NCBI GenBank assembly: GCA_963845565.1
Contig: CAWJSJ010000001.1
Span: forward strand, 64,001-128,000
Length of the DNA: 64,000 nt
Direction: 5' to 3'
Origin: an uncultured Methylomirabilota bacterium
Lineage (GTDB): Bacteria; Methylomirabilota; Methylomirabilia; Methylomirabilales; 2-02-FULL-66-22
Shown here: piece after piece, positions 50,627 through 59,771 of the stretch
Position numbering within the stretch: position 1 is the first letter of the stretch
Layout: each line of letters opens with the position of its first letter
Position numbers and translations under genes: made by a program
The notes under the pieces: generated by a model
Databases searched by the model: none
What the model was told of the DNA's origin: nothing
What the model saw: the letters and a program-made list of their open reading frames with translations, nothing else

Positions 50627-51204
50627 GGCGGATGCTGCCGCTCCTCGTGGGGATCCTGATGGCGCTCTGGGCGGGACCCGGAACCGCGTCGGCGGGCGAC
50701 CCGCAGGGTGCTCCGCCGACCCAGGGGTTGGAGTCGCTCTCGCCCGAGGACCAGGCGCGCGTGCGGGAGAACCTGGATCGCTGGAAGCAACTTACCCCGG
50801 AAGAGCAGCAGCGGGTGCGGGAGAACTACGAGCGCTGGAAGCAGCTCTCGCCGGCGGAGCGCCAGCGGGTGCGGGAGAACCTCGAGACCTTCCGCAAGCT
50901 GCCCCCGGACGCTCGGCAGCACATCCGGGAGAATTACCAACGCTGGCAGCGGTTGAGCCCCGAGGAGCGATCGGGGTTGCGCGAGCGGCTGGATCGCTGG
51001 AATACTCTGCGTCCCGAGGAGAAGCAGGCGCTTCGGCAGCGCCTGGACGAGTTCCGAAATCTTCCACCCGAGGAGCGGCAGAAAATCCGGGAGAATCTCC
51101 GACGCTGGCGCGAGATGCCGCCGGAAGAGCGGCAGCGCATCCGCGAGGAGTTTCGCACGCGCCAACCCGAGAGCGCTCCGCGAAATCCACCCTCCCGCCG
51201 GTAG
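50623..51204 (+). CDS. DUF3106-like periplasmic helical repeat protein
   Basis: Signal peptide; about eight 18-aa repeats W..L(S/P)PEE(R/Q)..(V/I/L)RE. Confidence 0.85.
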   Translation: MRRMLPLLVGILMALWAGPGTASAGDPQGAPPTQGLESLSPEDQARVRENLDRWKQLTPEEQQRVRENYERWKQLSPAERQRVRENLETFRKLPPDARQHIRENYQRWQRLSPEERSGLRERLDRWNTLRPEEKQALRQRLDEFRNLPPEERQKIRENLRRWREMPPEERQRIREEFRTRQPESAPRNPPSRR

Positions 51205-51406
51205 CCCGGCGGACTACCCGCGGACTCCCTGCACGTCTCGCACGATTGATTGCTCCTGTCGGTCTTCCCTGATAGGATTCGTTCGCACGCGTCCGACGAC
51301 GTCGGCTCCGGCAGTGCCGTGGTCGGCCCCTCCGCCGGTCCTTCGCGTACGAGCGTTAACCGTTTCATGAACTGATCTGTGACCTGGTGCCCCGGCGGCG
51401 CCAGAG

Positions 51407-52780
51407 ATGGCGAGAGTGACGATGGCTGAGACGGCACCAGTATCCGGCGCGCGCGCGGCGCGGCTCCGCGCGGGGCAACGCGTCCCCGTCACGATCGAAC
51501 GGCTGGTCTTCCAGGGGGACGGACTGGGTCGGCTGCCGGACGGACGGGTGATCTTTGTGCCGGCGACGGCGCCGGGTGACGAGGTTGAGGTCCAGGTCGA
51601 GGAGGATCGAGGCCATTTCGTGCGGGGAGCGGCGGTTGGGCTTCGGTTGGCCTCGCCGCTCCGCGTCGAGCCGCCGTGCCGGTACTTCGGGAATTGCGGG
51701 GGCTGCCAGTGGCAACATCTGGGGTACCCGGCCCAGCTCGACTGGAAGCGCCGCATTCTGGAAGAGCTCCTGGTCCGCGTCGGCAAGCTGGAGGGTGTGC
51801 CGATCGCGCCCATCATCGATCCGGGCGCCCCCTGGGAGTATCGGGCCCGGGCGCAGTTCAAGGTGATCGGCGGCGCGCGGCCCTGCATCGGGTTCCACCA
51901 GCGCGAGACGAACCGCGTGGTGGACATCGATCGCTGTCCGCTGCTGGATCCGCGCCTGAACGCGCTGCTGCACGCCATGCGTCACATGAAACATCCATCC
52001 TTCTTTTCGCTGTTCCAGCGGCTGCGCGAGGCCTGGGTCGCGCTGGGCACGGGGACCGGCGAAATGCTCCTCTCGCTGTTCGCTCGGGTGCAGGATCGGG
52101 GGGCCCTTCGCCTCGTGTTCCACACGCTGCAGGCCGCGGTCCCGGGGCTGCGCGGGGTTGCCCTGCTCGAAGGGGATCCGCGGCAGGGGCCGCGCCTGGT
52201 GGATTGGGCCGGCAGCGAGGTGCTGCAGGAGCAGGTGGGCGACCTGCGGTTTCGCATTGGGGGGACGGCATTTTTCCAGGTGAGCGGCCTGGCGGCCAGC
52301 CGCCTGACATCGCTGGTGCTGGAGGAGGCAAAGCTCGTCGGCACGGAGCGGGTCCTGGAGCTGTATTGCGGCGCAGGAACCTTCACGGTGCCGCTGGCAA
52401 AGCACGCCCGGGAAGTCATCGGGATCGAGACGAACCCCGCAGCCGCCTCGGACGGAACAACCAACCTTCGAGAAAACGGGTGTACGGCGGGCCGCATCAT
52501 CCAGGGGCAAGTGGAACAGACATTGCCCGCCTTGGCCGGCGAGGGGCGCTGGAATCTGGTGGTCCTCGACCCGCCGCGGCAGGGTTGCAGCCGGGCGGTC
52601 ATCGATCGCTTGGCGGCCATGCGGGTGGCGCGGGTGCTCTATGTGTCGTGCGATCCGAGCACGCTCGCCCGTGACCTTGGCGTGCTCGCTCGTGCGGGGT
52701 ATCGGTGTACGAAACTTCATCCGATTGATCTGTTTCCCCAGACGTTTCATCTGGAGACCGTGGCGGTGCTGGAACGGTGA
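51407..52780 (+). CDS. rlmD: 23S rRNA (uracil-C5)-methyltransferase RlmD
   Basis: TRAM domain, C...CGGCQWQH, FFQV, LYCGAG, DPPR.G, YVSCDP, DLFPQT.HLE. Confidence 0.92.
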   Translation: MARVTMAETAPVSGARAARLRAGQRVPVTIERLVFQGDGLGRLPDGRVIFVPATAPGDEVEVQVEEDRGHFVRGAAVGLRLASPLRVEPPCRYFGNCGGCQWQHLGYPAQLDWKRRILEELLVRVGKLEGVPIAPIIDPGAPWEYRARAQFKVIGGARPCIGFHQRETNRVVDIDRCPLLDPRLNALLHAMRHMKHPSFFSLFQRLREAWVALGTGTGEMLLSLFARVQDRGALRLVFHTLQAAVPGLRGVALLEGDPRQGPRLVDWAGSEVLQEQVGDLRFRIGGTAFFQVSGLAASRLTSLVLEEAKLVGTERVLELYCGAGTFTVPLAKHAREVIGIETNPAAASDGTTNLRENGCTAGRIIQGQVEQTLPALAGEGRWNLVVLDPPRQGCSRAVIDRLAAMRVARVLYVSCDPSTLARDLGVLARAGYRCTKLHPIDLFPQTFHLETVAVLER

Positions 52781-52786
52781 CGACAG

Positions 52787-52885
52787 GACAGAAGGCAGAG
52801 GGCAGAGGGCAGAACAGGCAGAGGATGTGAAGCGTGAGCGTAAAGCGTGAGGTCAGGCGAGGGACGAGAGCGGAGAGCGACGAGG
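52787..52885. repeat. Mixed heptamer arrays (GGCAGAR; CGTGARG; GCGAGAG-like)
   Basis: gacagaa/ggcagag/ggcagag/ggcagaa, then tgtgaag/cgtgag/cgtaaag/cgtgagg. Confidence 0.7.
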
Positions 52886-52919
52886 CAAGGCGGTTGCCCT
52901 GAAGAGCGAGACGGAGCGC

Positions 52920-52948
52920 TTGCAAAGGGGGCGTATATCCCGCATAAT
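52920..52948 (+). promoter_or_regulatory. Sigma70-type promoter of the Tim44 gene
   Basis: TTGCAA-N17-CATAAT. Confidence 0.55.
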
Positions 52949-53003
52949 ATCTCGATAACCCTTGAGTTGTTGCGTCAATGCGGATGATCAGGAGGAAGAG
53001 CGA

Positions 53004-53969
53004 ATGCGCACGATGTCTAGACTGCTGAGCGGTGTCGTCATCCTGACGGTGCTGGCGATGGTTGTTCCGGACGAGGTCTGGGCCCGCGCCGGCGGCGGGA
53101 TGAGTTCCGGCAGCCGCGGCACGCGGAGTTACTCGAGCCCCAGCCGGACCTACAGCGCCCCGAGCCCGTCCACGAGCCCCAGCACACGGCCGACCCCCGC
53201 CCCCGCGCCCATGGCCCAGCCGGCGCCCGCGGGTGGGTTCCTGCGGTCCATGGCGGGCGGGATCGTGGGGGGTCTCCTGGGCGGGATGCTCTTCCGCAGC
53301 CTGGGGTTTGCCGGCGGGGCCGACGGGGCCGGCGGCGGCGGCTTCGGCATGATGGATATGCTCTTGCTGGCCGGGATCGCCTATCTGATTTACTGGTTCG
53401 TGCGGCGCAAACGCGCAGCGCAAGAGGCGCCCGCGACCGCGTACTCCAGCCAGATGGTCGGGGACGTCTACGGCAGCGGGGCGCCGACCGCCACGCTGGA
53501 CGCCCCGGGCTGGCAGCAGGACCGGGATCGGGGCCTCGGGCATCTCCGGCAAATGGATCCGGGCTTCGACGAGGCGGCGTTCCGGGAGATGTGCACCGAC
53601 CGGTTCTTCCAAATCCAGGCGGCGTGGATGCGCCGGGATGCAGACAAGTTGCGCCCCCTTCTCACCGAGGAGATGCAGGGGGTGTTCGGCAAGCAGATCG
53701 CGGCGGCCAAGGCCAAGCGGCAGATCAACAAACTGGAGAACATCACGGTCCGCTCCGTGGAGCTGACCGAGGCCTGGCAGGAGTCGGGACAAGATTACAT
53801 CACGGCGCGGCTTCTCGCCAACCTGCTGGACTACACCGTGGACGACACCACGGGGACGATCGTGGACGGGAGCGACAGCGCGCCGGTGAAGTTCGAGGAA
53901 TTCTGGACCTGGGTGCGGCCGGTAGGCAAAAACGACTGGCGACTCGGTGCCATCAACCAGGCGGAGTAG
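53004..53969 (+). CDS. Tim44 domain-containing protein
   Basis: ARAGGG.S.GSRG, Gly-rich TM segment, F..IQAAW, FEEFWT..R...WRL.AI.Q. Confidence 0.9.
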   Translation: MRTMSRLLSGVVILTVLAMVVPDEVWARAGGGMSSGSRGTRSYSSPSRTYSAPSPSTSPSTRPTPAPAPMAQPAPAGGFLRSMAGGIVGGLLGGMLFRSLGFAGGADGAGGGGFGMMDMLLLAGIAYLIYWFVRRKRAAQEAPATAYSSQMVGDVYGSGAPTATLDAPGWQQDRDRGLGHLRQMDPGFDEAAFREMCTDRFFQIQAAWMRRDADKLRPLLTEEMQGVFGKQIAAAKAKRQINKLENITVRSVELTEAWQESGQDYITARLLANLLDYTVDDTTGTIVDGSDSAPVKFEEFWTWVRPVGKNDWRLGAINQAE

Positions 53970-54115
53970 CAGGCTGCTGAGGGGGGCCCATCTGCGGCGT
54001 TGGCCGCTCGCGAGGCGCTGCGACGTACGCGTAAGTGCGTCTCGCACCGCGCATCGCGTTCCGCCTGGCATCTGGACCCTTTTGAGCACCCTGGGCGAAA
54101 AGCGGTTTTCAGTGT
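53967..54115 (+). mobile_element. MITE-like element copy C, at the TAG stop of the Tim44 gene
   Basis: TAGCAGGCTGCTGA..GGCCCATCTGCGGCGTTGG...CTGGACCCTTTTGAGCACCCTG. Confidence 0.8.
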
Positions 54116-54210
54116 CACCCGATCACCCGACGAAGGGGCGCAGGCGGTTAGGTAAGGGTTTCTGATCGCTGTCGCTGTCGGATCTCGCTGTCGACCAGAT
54201 GGAGTGACCG

Positions 54211-54723
54211 ATGTTGAAGGGAACCGTGACGACAGTTTTTGGGGACGACATCAACACCGACGACATCATCCCGGCGTTTCGGCTGCAGCAGAGCAACGAT
54301 CCGGAGTTTTTTGCGACGTATGCGTTCGAGAAGTTCGATCCGGACTTCCGGTCGCGTTGCGGGCGGGGTAGAGCCAACGTCGTCTTGGCCGGGAAGAACT
54401 TCGGGTGCGGGTCCAGCCGCGAACAAGCGGTATATGCCCTGCAGTACAACCGCGTGGCCTGCGTGATCGCGGGATCCTTTCCCGACATCTTCTATCGGAA
54501 CTGCCTCGCCAACGGCGTCACGCTGGTGGCGCTCCCCGACCGAAGCGGTATCGGAATGGGGGACGAAGTGGAAGCGGACCTCGCCGCCGGCGTGATCCGG
54601 AATCTGACGCGTGGCACGACGATATCGTTTTCCATGAAAGAGGAAGACCGTCGCACCTTCCAGGCTGGGGGGATGACCGCGCGGGTGCGAGCGCATCTGG
54701 AGGAATTGCTGGCGAAGCGGTAG
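54211..54723 (+). CDS. leuD: 3-isopropylmalate dehydratase/homoaconitase small subunit (LeuD/HacB type 2)
   Basis: GDDINTDDIIP, NFGCGSSREQA, SF..IFYRN. Confidence 0.85.
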   Translation: MLKGTVTTVFGDDINTDDIIPAFRLQQSNDPEFFATYAFEKFDPDFRSRCGRGRANVVLAGKNFGCGSSREQAVYALQYNRVACVIAGSFPDIFYRNCLANGVTLVALPDRSGIGMGDEVEADLAAGVIRNLTRGTTISFSMKEEDRRTFQAGGMTARVRAHLEELLAKR

Positions 54724-54744
54724 GGTGTGGAAGCGGGGCAACGC

Positions 54745-54840
54745 TTCGATTGGTCGATCGTCAACTCGTCAACTGGAAAGGCAACAGCCTTCGTTTTGAT
54801 GCCCTTGCCATTCGACGACTTGGCCAATCGACACTTTGAC
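54745..54840. repeat. Octamer-array inverted element, copy 3
   Basis: ttcgattg/gtcgatc/gtcaactc/gtcaactg; cattcgac/gacttggc/caatcgac/actttgac. Confidence 0.8.
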
Positions 54841-54863
54841 AGTTTGTGAGACGGAGTAATCCA

Positions 54864-56204
54864 ATGGGCCAGACGATGGTCGAGAAGATCGTGTCGCGGA
54901 AGGTGGGTCGGCCGGTGCGCGCTGGCGAGTTGATCGAGCGTCTGCCGATCGGGAAGCTGTTCTTCAACGACGTGATCGGCCCGCCGGCGATCCTGACGCT
55001 TCAGCGGCTTTTCAGTGAGACCTTCAAGCAGCACGCGAAGCCGGTTCGAGTCTTCGATCCGCGCCGGGTCTTCATGCTCCCGGACCATTCGATTCCCGCA
55101 TACTCGGTCGAGGTGGCCGAAGGCGTGGATCTGATGGAATCCTTCGGTCGGGAGTGCGGTTTCAAGGTGTACCGGGAGGGGGATGGGATCGAGCACGTCG
55201 TCCTGATCGAGGACGGCCACATCGTGCCGTGGGACATCGTGCTTGGGACCGACTCTCACACATGCACCAACGGCGCCATGGGCGCACTGGCGTTCGGGGT
55301 CGGGACCACGGACGGCGCATATGCCATGGCGACCGGTCACATCTACGACTTCGTGGTTCCCGAGACCTTTCAATTCGAACTGACCGGACGTTTTCCCAAA
55401 GGGGTTTACGCGAAGGACCTCATCCTTCACATCATCAGTACGGTGGGGGCTGGCGGCTGCTCCCGTCGGGTGGCCGAGTTCGTGGGAGAGGGCGTGCGGA
55501 ACCTGCCCATGGATGCCCGGACAACCATCTGCAACATGGCCGTGGAGATGAGCGGCCGGACGGGGATCATGCCGACCGACGAGACGCTTTTGGGCTATCT
55601 GAAGGACCGGGCGCAGTGGCCCGTGGAACCGCTGGCGAGCGACCCCGATGCGACGTTCGCCAATCGGATGACGGTGGACCTGTCGGCCCTGGAGCCCATG
55701 GTGGCTTTTCCCCACAAGCCGGCCAACGCCGTTCCGTTCTCCCGGATTCCCGAGATGATGAAGAAGAGTCAGGCTCAGCCGGGCCCGGATCTCCCGCCGG
55801 TCGCCTCCGACCGAATCACCGACGCCTTCGTGGGGGCCTGTACGAATGGCCGATATGATGATCTGGTCGAGGCGGCCAAGGTTCTGAAGGGCAAGAAGGT
55901 CCATCCCGATGTCTCCCTCATCGTGATCCCCGCCAGCCGGAAGGTGTACGAGCGGGCCATGGACGAGGGGATTCTCCAGGTCATCATCAAGGCCGGCGCC
56001 AACGTCGAGTCCTCCAACTGCGGGCCCTGTTTCGGGAGCCACATGGGGGTCCTGTCGCGAAACGCCCAGATGATCAGCAGCAGCAACCGGAACTACCAGG
56101 GCCGGATGGGCTCCCGCGACGCCCGCATCTTCCTGGGCAGCCCCGCCACCGTGGCCGCCAGCGCCATCGAGGGCCGGCTCGCCGACCCGAGAAAATATCT
56201 GTAG
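54864..56204 (+). CDS. leuC: 3-isopropylmalate dehydratase/homoaconitase large subunit (LeuC/HacA type 2)
   Basis: DH, GTDSHTCTNGA, ICNMAVE, GACTNGR, CGPC, SNRNYQGRMG. Confidence 0.87.
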   Translation: MGQTMVEKIVSRKVGRPVRAGELIERLPIGKLFFNDVIGPPAILTLQRLFSETFKQHAKPVRVFDPRRVFMLPDHSIPAYSVEVAEGVDLMESFGRECGFKVYREGDGIEHVVLIEDGHIVPWDIVLGTDSHTCTNGAMGALAFGVGTTDGAYAMATGHIYDFVVPETFQFELTGRFPKGVYAKDLILHIISTVGAGGCSRRVAEFVGEGVRNLPMDARTTICNMAVEMSGRTGIMPTDETLLGYLKDRAQWPVEPLASDPDATFANRMTVDLSALEPMVAFPHKPANAVPFSRIPEMMKKSQAQPGPDLPPVASDRITDAFVGACTNGRYDDLVEAAKVLKGKKVHPDVSLIVIPASRKVYERAMDEGILQVIIKAGANVESSNCGPCFGSHMGVLSRNAQMISSSNRNYQGRMGSRDARIFLGSPATVAASAIEGRLADPRKYL

Positions 56205-56229
56205 ATCGCCGAGTCGCGTCTTTCCAGCG

Positions 56230-56267
56230 AGCCATAGCCCGGACCGTGTGTCCGGGCTATGGCTTTT
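56230..56267 (+). terminator. Intrinsic terminator
   Basis: AGCCATAGCCCGGAC-CGTGT-GTCCGGGCTATGGCT-TTT (perfect 15-bp stem). Confidence 0.8.
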
Positions 56268-56307
56268 CCACACGCCCCGCCCTGCGTATCCGTGCTGTGC
56301 AATTCCC

Positions 56308-56335
56308 TCATGTTTCTCCCCAATGTTTCCGATAA
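56308..56335 (+). promoter_or_regulatory. Sigma28-like promoter upstream of the MCP gene
   Basis: TCATGTTT-N12-TCCGATAA versus consensus TAAAGTTT-N11-GCCGATAA. Confidence 0.4.
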
Positions 56336-56501
56336 TCCTCATGGATTGCCACGGGATTCCTCGCCAGCAGGACGTGAGCTTGGCGTTATCGGAGGCGGCT
56401 GGCCCGCCGGAGAACGCGCAGAGCGCCCTGTGCGATACAACAAGCAGGGTCCAATTGACACCCGGGGCTGACGTGGTTCACCCCGGGGCGGAGAAGGAAC
56501 C

Positions 56502-58253
56502 ATGCGACTGACGATCCGGAACAAATTGACCATTCTCAGCGTCGTCTCGTCGGTTCTAGTGCTCGGAATGGCAGGGGGGGCCTATTGGGGCGTACGCACG
56601 ATCGCGTCGAGCGCGGAGCGGGCGCTGGAAAAGGATGCGGCGTATCTCGCACACGCCGCCGGGGCGCAGGTTGATGAGTTGCAGCTCAGGCGCCAAGAGA
56701 AGAACCTCTTTCTCCGCATGGACGATGGCAAGGAGTTCGCCGACGCCGAAGCCAAATGGCAAAAGAGCCTCGGCCGCGTGAAGAAGCAATTCGGAGCGCT
56801 GGAGAAGGTTGCCACGGCGCCGAAGGACAAGGAGCGCATTTCCGCCGTGGCCCGCGACCTCGAGGCGTACACGACCGGTATGAACGGGATACTGGGGAAG
56901 CTCAAGAGCAAGGAAATCCCCACGCCTCAGGCAGCGGATCGGGCCATCCTCGGGTTCCGCGAGGCGGCCAGGCACATGGATGCAGTACCGGAAGAAATGG
57001 CGGCAGAGGCCGTGAAGCGCCTGGAAGGGGTGCAGAAAGAGGTGGTGGCCGGAGCGCAGGGCGTGCTGTGGTTCGTGTTGGTTTCGGCATTGGTCGCAAT
57101 GGGCGCCATGAGCGTCCTGGTATGGTTGATCGGTCGGAGCATTCTGCGCCCCCTCAACGCCACCGTTCATATTCTTCAGGGCGTGGCGGGCGGGCACGGG
57201 GATCTTACGCAGCGATTGAGTGTGCACGGCCGAGATGAGATGGCCGATCTGGGGACGCATTTCAACCAGTTCATGGATACGCTTCATGCGTTGATCGGAC
57301 GCGTCCGGGCGACAACTCAAACCGTCGCCTCCGCCGCCCAGCAACTGGCTGGGGGCAGCGGCCAGCTCAGCAGCGGCGCCCAGGAGCAGGCCTCCTCCCT
57401 GGAAGAGACCGCCGCCTCCCTGGAACAGATGACCGCTACGATCAAGCAGAACGCGGACAACGCCCGCCAGGCCAACCAGATGGCGAGTGCCGCCCGCGAA
57501 GCCGCCGAGCAGGGCGGGGTGGTCGTGCAGGACGCGGTCGCGGCCATGGGGGGTATCACCGAGGCCAGCCGGAAGATCCAGGAAATCATCACCACCATCG
57601 ACGAGATCGCCTTCCAGACCAACCTTCTGGCCTTGAACGCTGCCGTGGAAGCCGCCCGAGCCGGGGAACAAGGCCGAGGTTTCGCCGTGGTGGCCAGTGA
57701 GGTCCGGGCCCTCGCGCAGCGGAGTGCCGCCGCCTCCAAGGAGATCAAGACCCTGATTACCGAGACCGGACAGAAGGTGGAGTCCGGGTCGGAACTGGTG
57801 ATCCAGACCGGCGACGGGTTGACCGCCATCGTGAACCAAGTCAAGAAGGTGGCCGACCTGATCGCCGAGATCACCGCCGCCTCCCAAGAACAGTCCCAGG
57901 GGATCGAGCAGGTCAACAAGGCCGTCACCGCGATGGACACCGTCACCCAGCAGAACGCCGCCCAGACGGAGGAACTGTCCTCGACCGCACAGGCGCTCGC
58001 GGCCCAGGCGGCGGAGCTATCCGCGCAGGTGGCGCAGTTCCGGTTGGGGGAGGAGGCCACGAATCACGAGCCACGAGCCACGAGCCTTGATCAGCCGGCC
58101 GCGGGCAGCAGGCAGCAGACAGCGAGGTCGGAGGGAATCGGGCGGGTGGTGCGGCTGGCTGCCAAGCGCTCCGGGCGCCCAGCCGCCAAGCAGCTCGGCC
58201 GCCTGGCCGCCACAGGGACGGATGACGCACAGGGGAGCTTCGAGGAGTTCTAA
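56502..58253 (+). CDS. Methyl-accepting chemotaxis protein (periplasmic sensor, HAMP, signalling domain, C-terminal pentapeptide)
   Basis: Two TM segments; GDLTQRL..DE; IAFQTNLLALNAAVEAARAGEQGRGFAVVA; ends SFEEF. Confidence 0.96.
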   Translation: MRLTIRNKLTILSVVSSVLVLGMAGGAYWGVRTIASSAERALEKDAAYLAHAAGAQVDELQLRRQEKNLFLRMDDGKEFADAEAKWQKSLGRVKKQFGALEKVATAPKDKERISAVARDLEAYTTGMNGILGKLKSKEIPTPQAADRAILGFREAARHMDAVPEEMAAEAVKRLEGVQKEVVAGAQGVLWFVLVSALVAMGAMSVLVWLIGRSILRPLNATVHILQGVAGGHGDLTQRLSVHGRDEMADLGTHFNQFMDTLHALIGRVRATTQTVASAAQQLAGGSGQLSSGAQEQASSLEETAASLEQMTATIKQNADNARQANQMASAAREAAEQGGVVVQDAVAAMGGITEASRKIQEIITTIDEIAFQTNLLALNAAVEAARAGEQGRGFAVVASEVRALAQRSAAASKEIKTLITETGQKVESGSELVIQTGDGLTAIVNQVKKVADLIAEITAASQEQSQGIEQVNKAVTAMDTVTQQNAAQTEELSSTAQALAAQAAELSAQVAQFRLGEEATNHEPRATSLDQPAAGSRQQTARSEGIGRVVRLAAKRSGRPAAKQLGRLAATGTDDAQGSFEEF

Positions 58254-58260
58254 ACGACTC

Positions 58261-58387
58261 GACAGCTTGGCGGCGAGGCGGCGGGGCAGCGGAACGGCTC
58301 GGCCGCCGGGCAGCCAGGCAGCGGGCCGCGAAGCCGCCAGGTGGCCAAGCCGCCAAGCAGCGCGGCCGCCAAACTGCCCAGCCGCGA
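58261..58387. repeat. GC-rich octamer array (GGCRGCNN / AGCCGCCA)
   Basis: About 14 degenerate 8-mers downstream of the MCP gene. Confidence 0.6.
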
Positions 58388-58449
58388 GGAGCGCGCACGC
58401 ATGTCACCGAGTTGCCGATGTCTGATACATCGAACACTGCGGAGGGAAT

Positions 58450-58894
58450 CATGGGGACGGGATCTGTGACTCCCCGGCGCATCCTCGTCGTTGACGACGA
58501 GCCGGGGATCCGCGAGACGCTGGTTCATCTCCTCCGGGCGCTCGGTTACGAGGTTGTCGAGGCGGATGGGGGCCGCGCCGGGCTCGCGCGTCTGGCGGAG
58601 GCCCCGGTGGATCTGGTGCTGACCGACCTCGGGATGCCGGACATGAACGGGTGGGAGGTGGCGCGGGCCGCCAAGGTTTGGGCCCCACGTGTTCCCGTGG
58701 TCCTCGTGACGGGTTGGGGGGAGGATGGTCCCGCGCCCGGCGCCGACCATTCGCTGGTGGCGGCGGTCTTGTCAAAGCCGTTTCGCGTGCAGGACATCGT
58801 GAAGGTCCTCGCGCACGCCCTTGGGCCGGCCATCGCACCGGAAGGCAACGGGGTTGCTACGCCGCCGAACCCTGCGCCCGCCGTCATCGCGTAA
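58450..58894 (+). CDS. Single-domain response regulator (start uncertain)
   Basis: LVVDDE, LTDLGMP, LVTGW, KPF. Confidence 0.88.
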
Positions 58895-58989
58895 TCCGCC
58901 GCCGCCCCGCCTTCCACGCCTTCCACTGTCAAAATCGCGATGCCGATTCCCGTCGCGCCGGGTGTGCGCGAGAGCGGCGCGGCGGATCG

Positions 58990-59640
58990 CTAGCGCGACC
59001 GTGCCGAGGAAAACATGGTGGAGGGGCGGACCGCGTGCCCCGCGGCTGTTCCCTTTGTGGCCACCCCGATGATGTGGGGCGCGACGAGGGGGATGGGGAG
59101 CCAGAATTTCTGATAGGCGACACCCGCGAACCCCTGCCGCTCGATGGCGTGCGATGTGGCTCGGTCGAGATGGCAACCGTCCGCCAGGGTCCGCACCAGA
59201 GGCCGCAGCAATCGCTGCATTCGCCGCAGCCAGGTCCCCGGCGAATCCGCGACGTGCTCGATGAAGAGGAACCGCCCGCCAGGTCTCAACACCCGGTGAA
59301 TCTCCCGCAGGGCGCCGGAGACATCCGGCACCGAGCAGAGAACGAGCGTGCTCACCACCACGTCCGCGCTCTCGTCGTCAAGGTCGATGCGATCGGCCGT
59401 CCCGTCGTGAATGTCGATCGAGATGCCCACTCGCGCGGCTGCGGCGCGCAGGTGCGGATGCATGAACGGATTCGGCTCGATCCCGATCCAGCGGATGTCG
59501 GGCGGGAAATATGCGAAATTCGCCCCGGTCCCCGGTCCGATCTCCAGAACCGTCCCGGCGAGTCCGGCAAAGAGGGCGCGCTTGCGAGGCGCGACGAGGC
59601 GCTCGTACCGCCCGTGGAACCTGGACAGCGCGAGAGCCAT
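58990..59640 (-). CDS. Class I SAM-dependent methyltransferase (start uncertain)
   Basis: VLEIGPGTG, IEPN, DVVVSTLVLCSV, RVLRPGG.FLFIEH. Confidence 0.88.
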   Translation of the reverse strand: MALALSRFHGRYERLVAPRKRALFAGLAGTVLEIGPGTGANFAYFPPDIRWIGIEPNPFMHPHLRAAAARVGISIDIHDGTADRIDLDDESADVVVSTLVLCSVPDVSGALREIHRVLRPGGRFLFIEHVADSPGTWLRRMQRLLRPLVRTLADGCHLDRATSHAIERQGFAGVAYQKFWLPIPLVAPHIIGVATKGTAAGHAVRPSTMFSSARSR

Positions 59641-59771
59641 CAGGCGTTTCCGCAGAGCAAGAGAGCGGGGCGGCGGCGTGCCGGGATGGCAGCACGGCGC
59701 GACCACAGGTGGGACAAGGGGCGGGACCTCCCGACCGGCCGAGAGGTCCCGCAATCCTTCCGGGGAGCGCA

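Noticed and set aside
51205..51406. 200-bp gap before rlmD as a possible ncRNA
   Set aside because: No convincing promoter-terminator pair or stable structure visible by eye.
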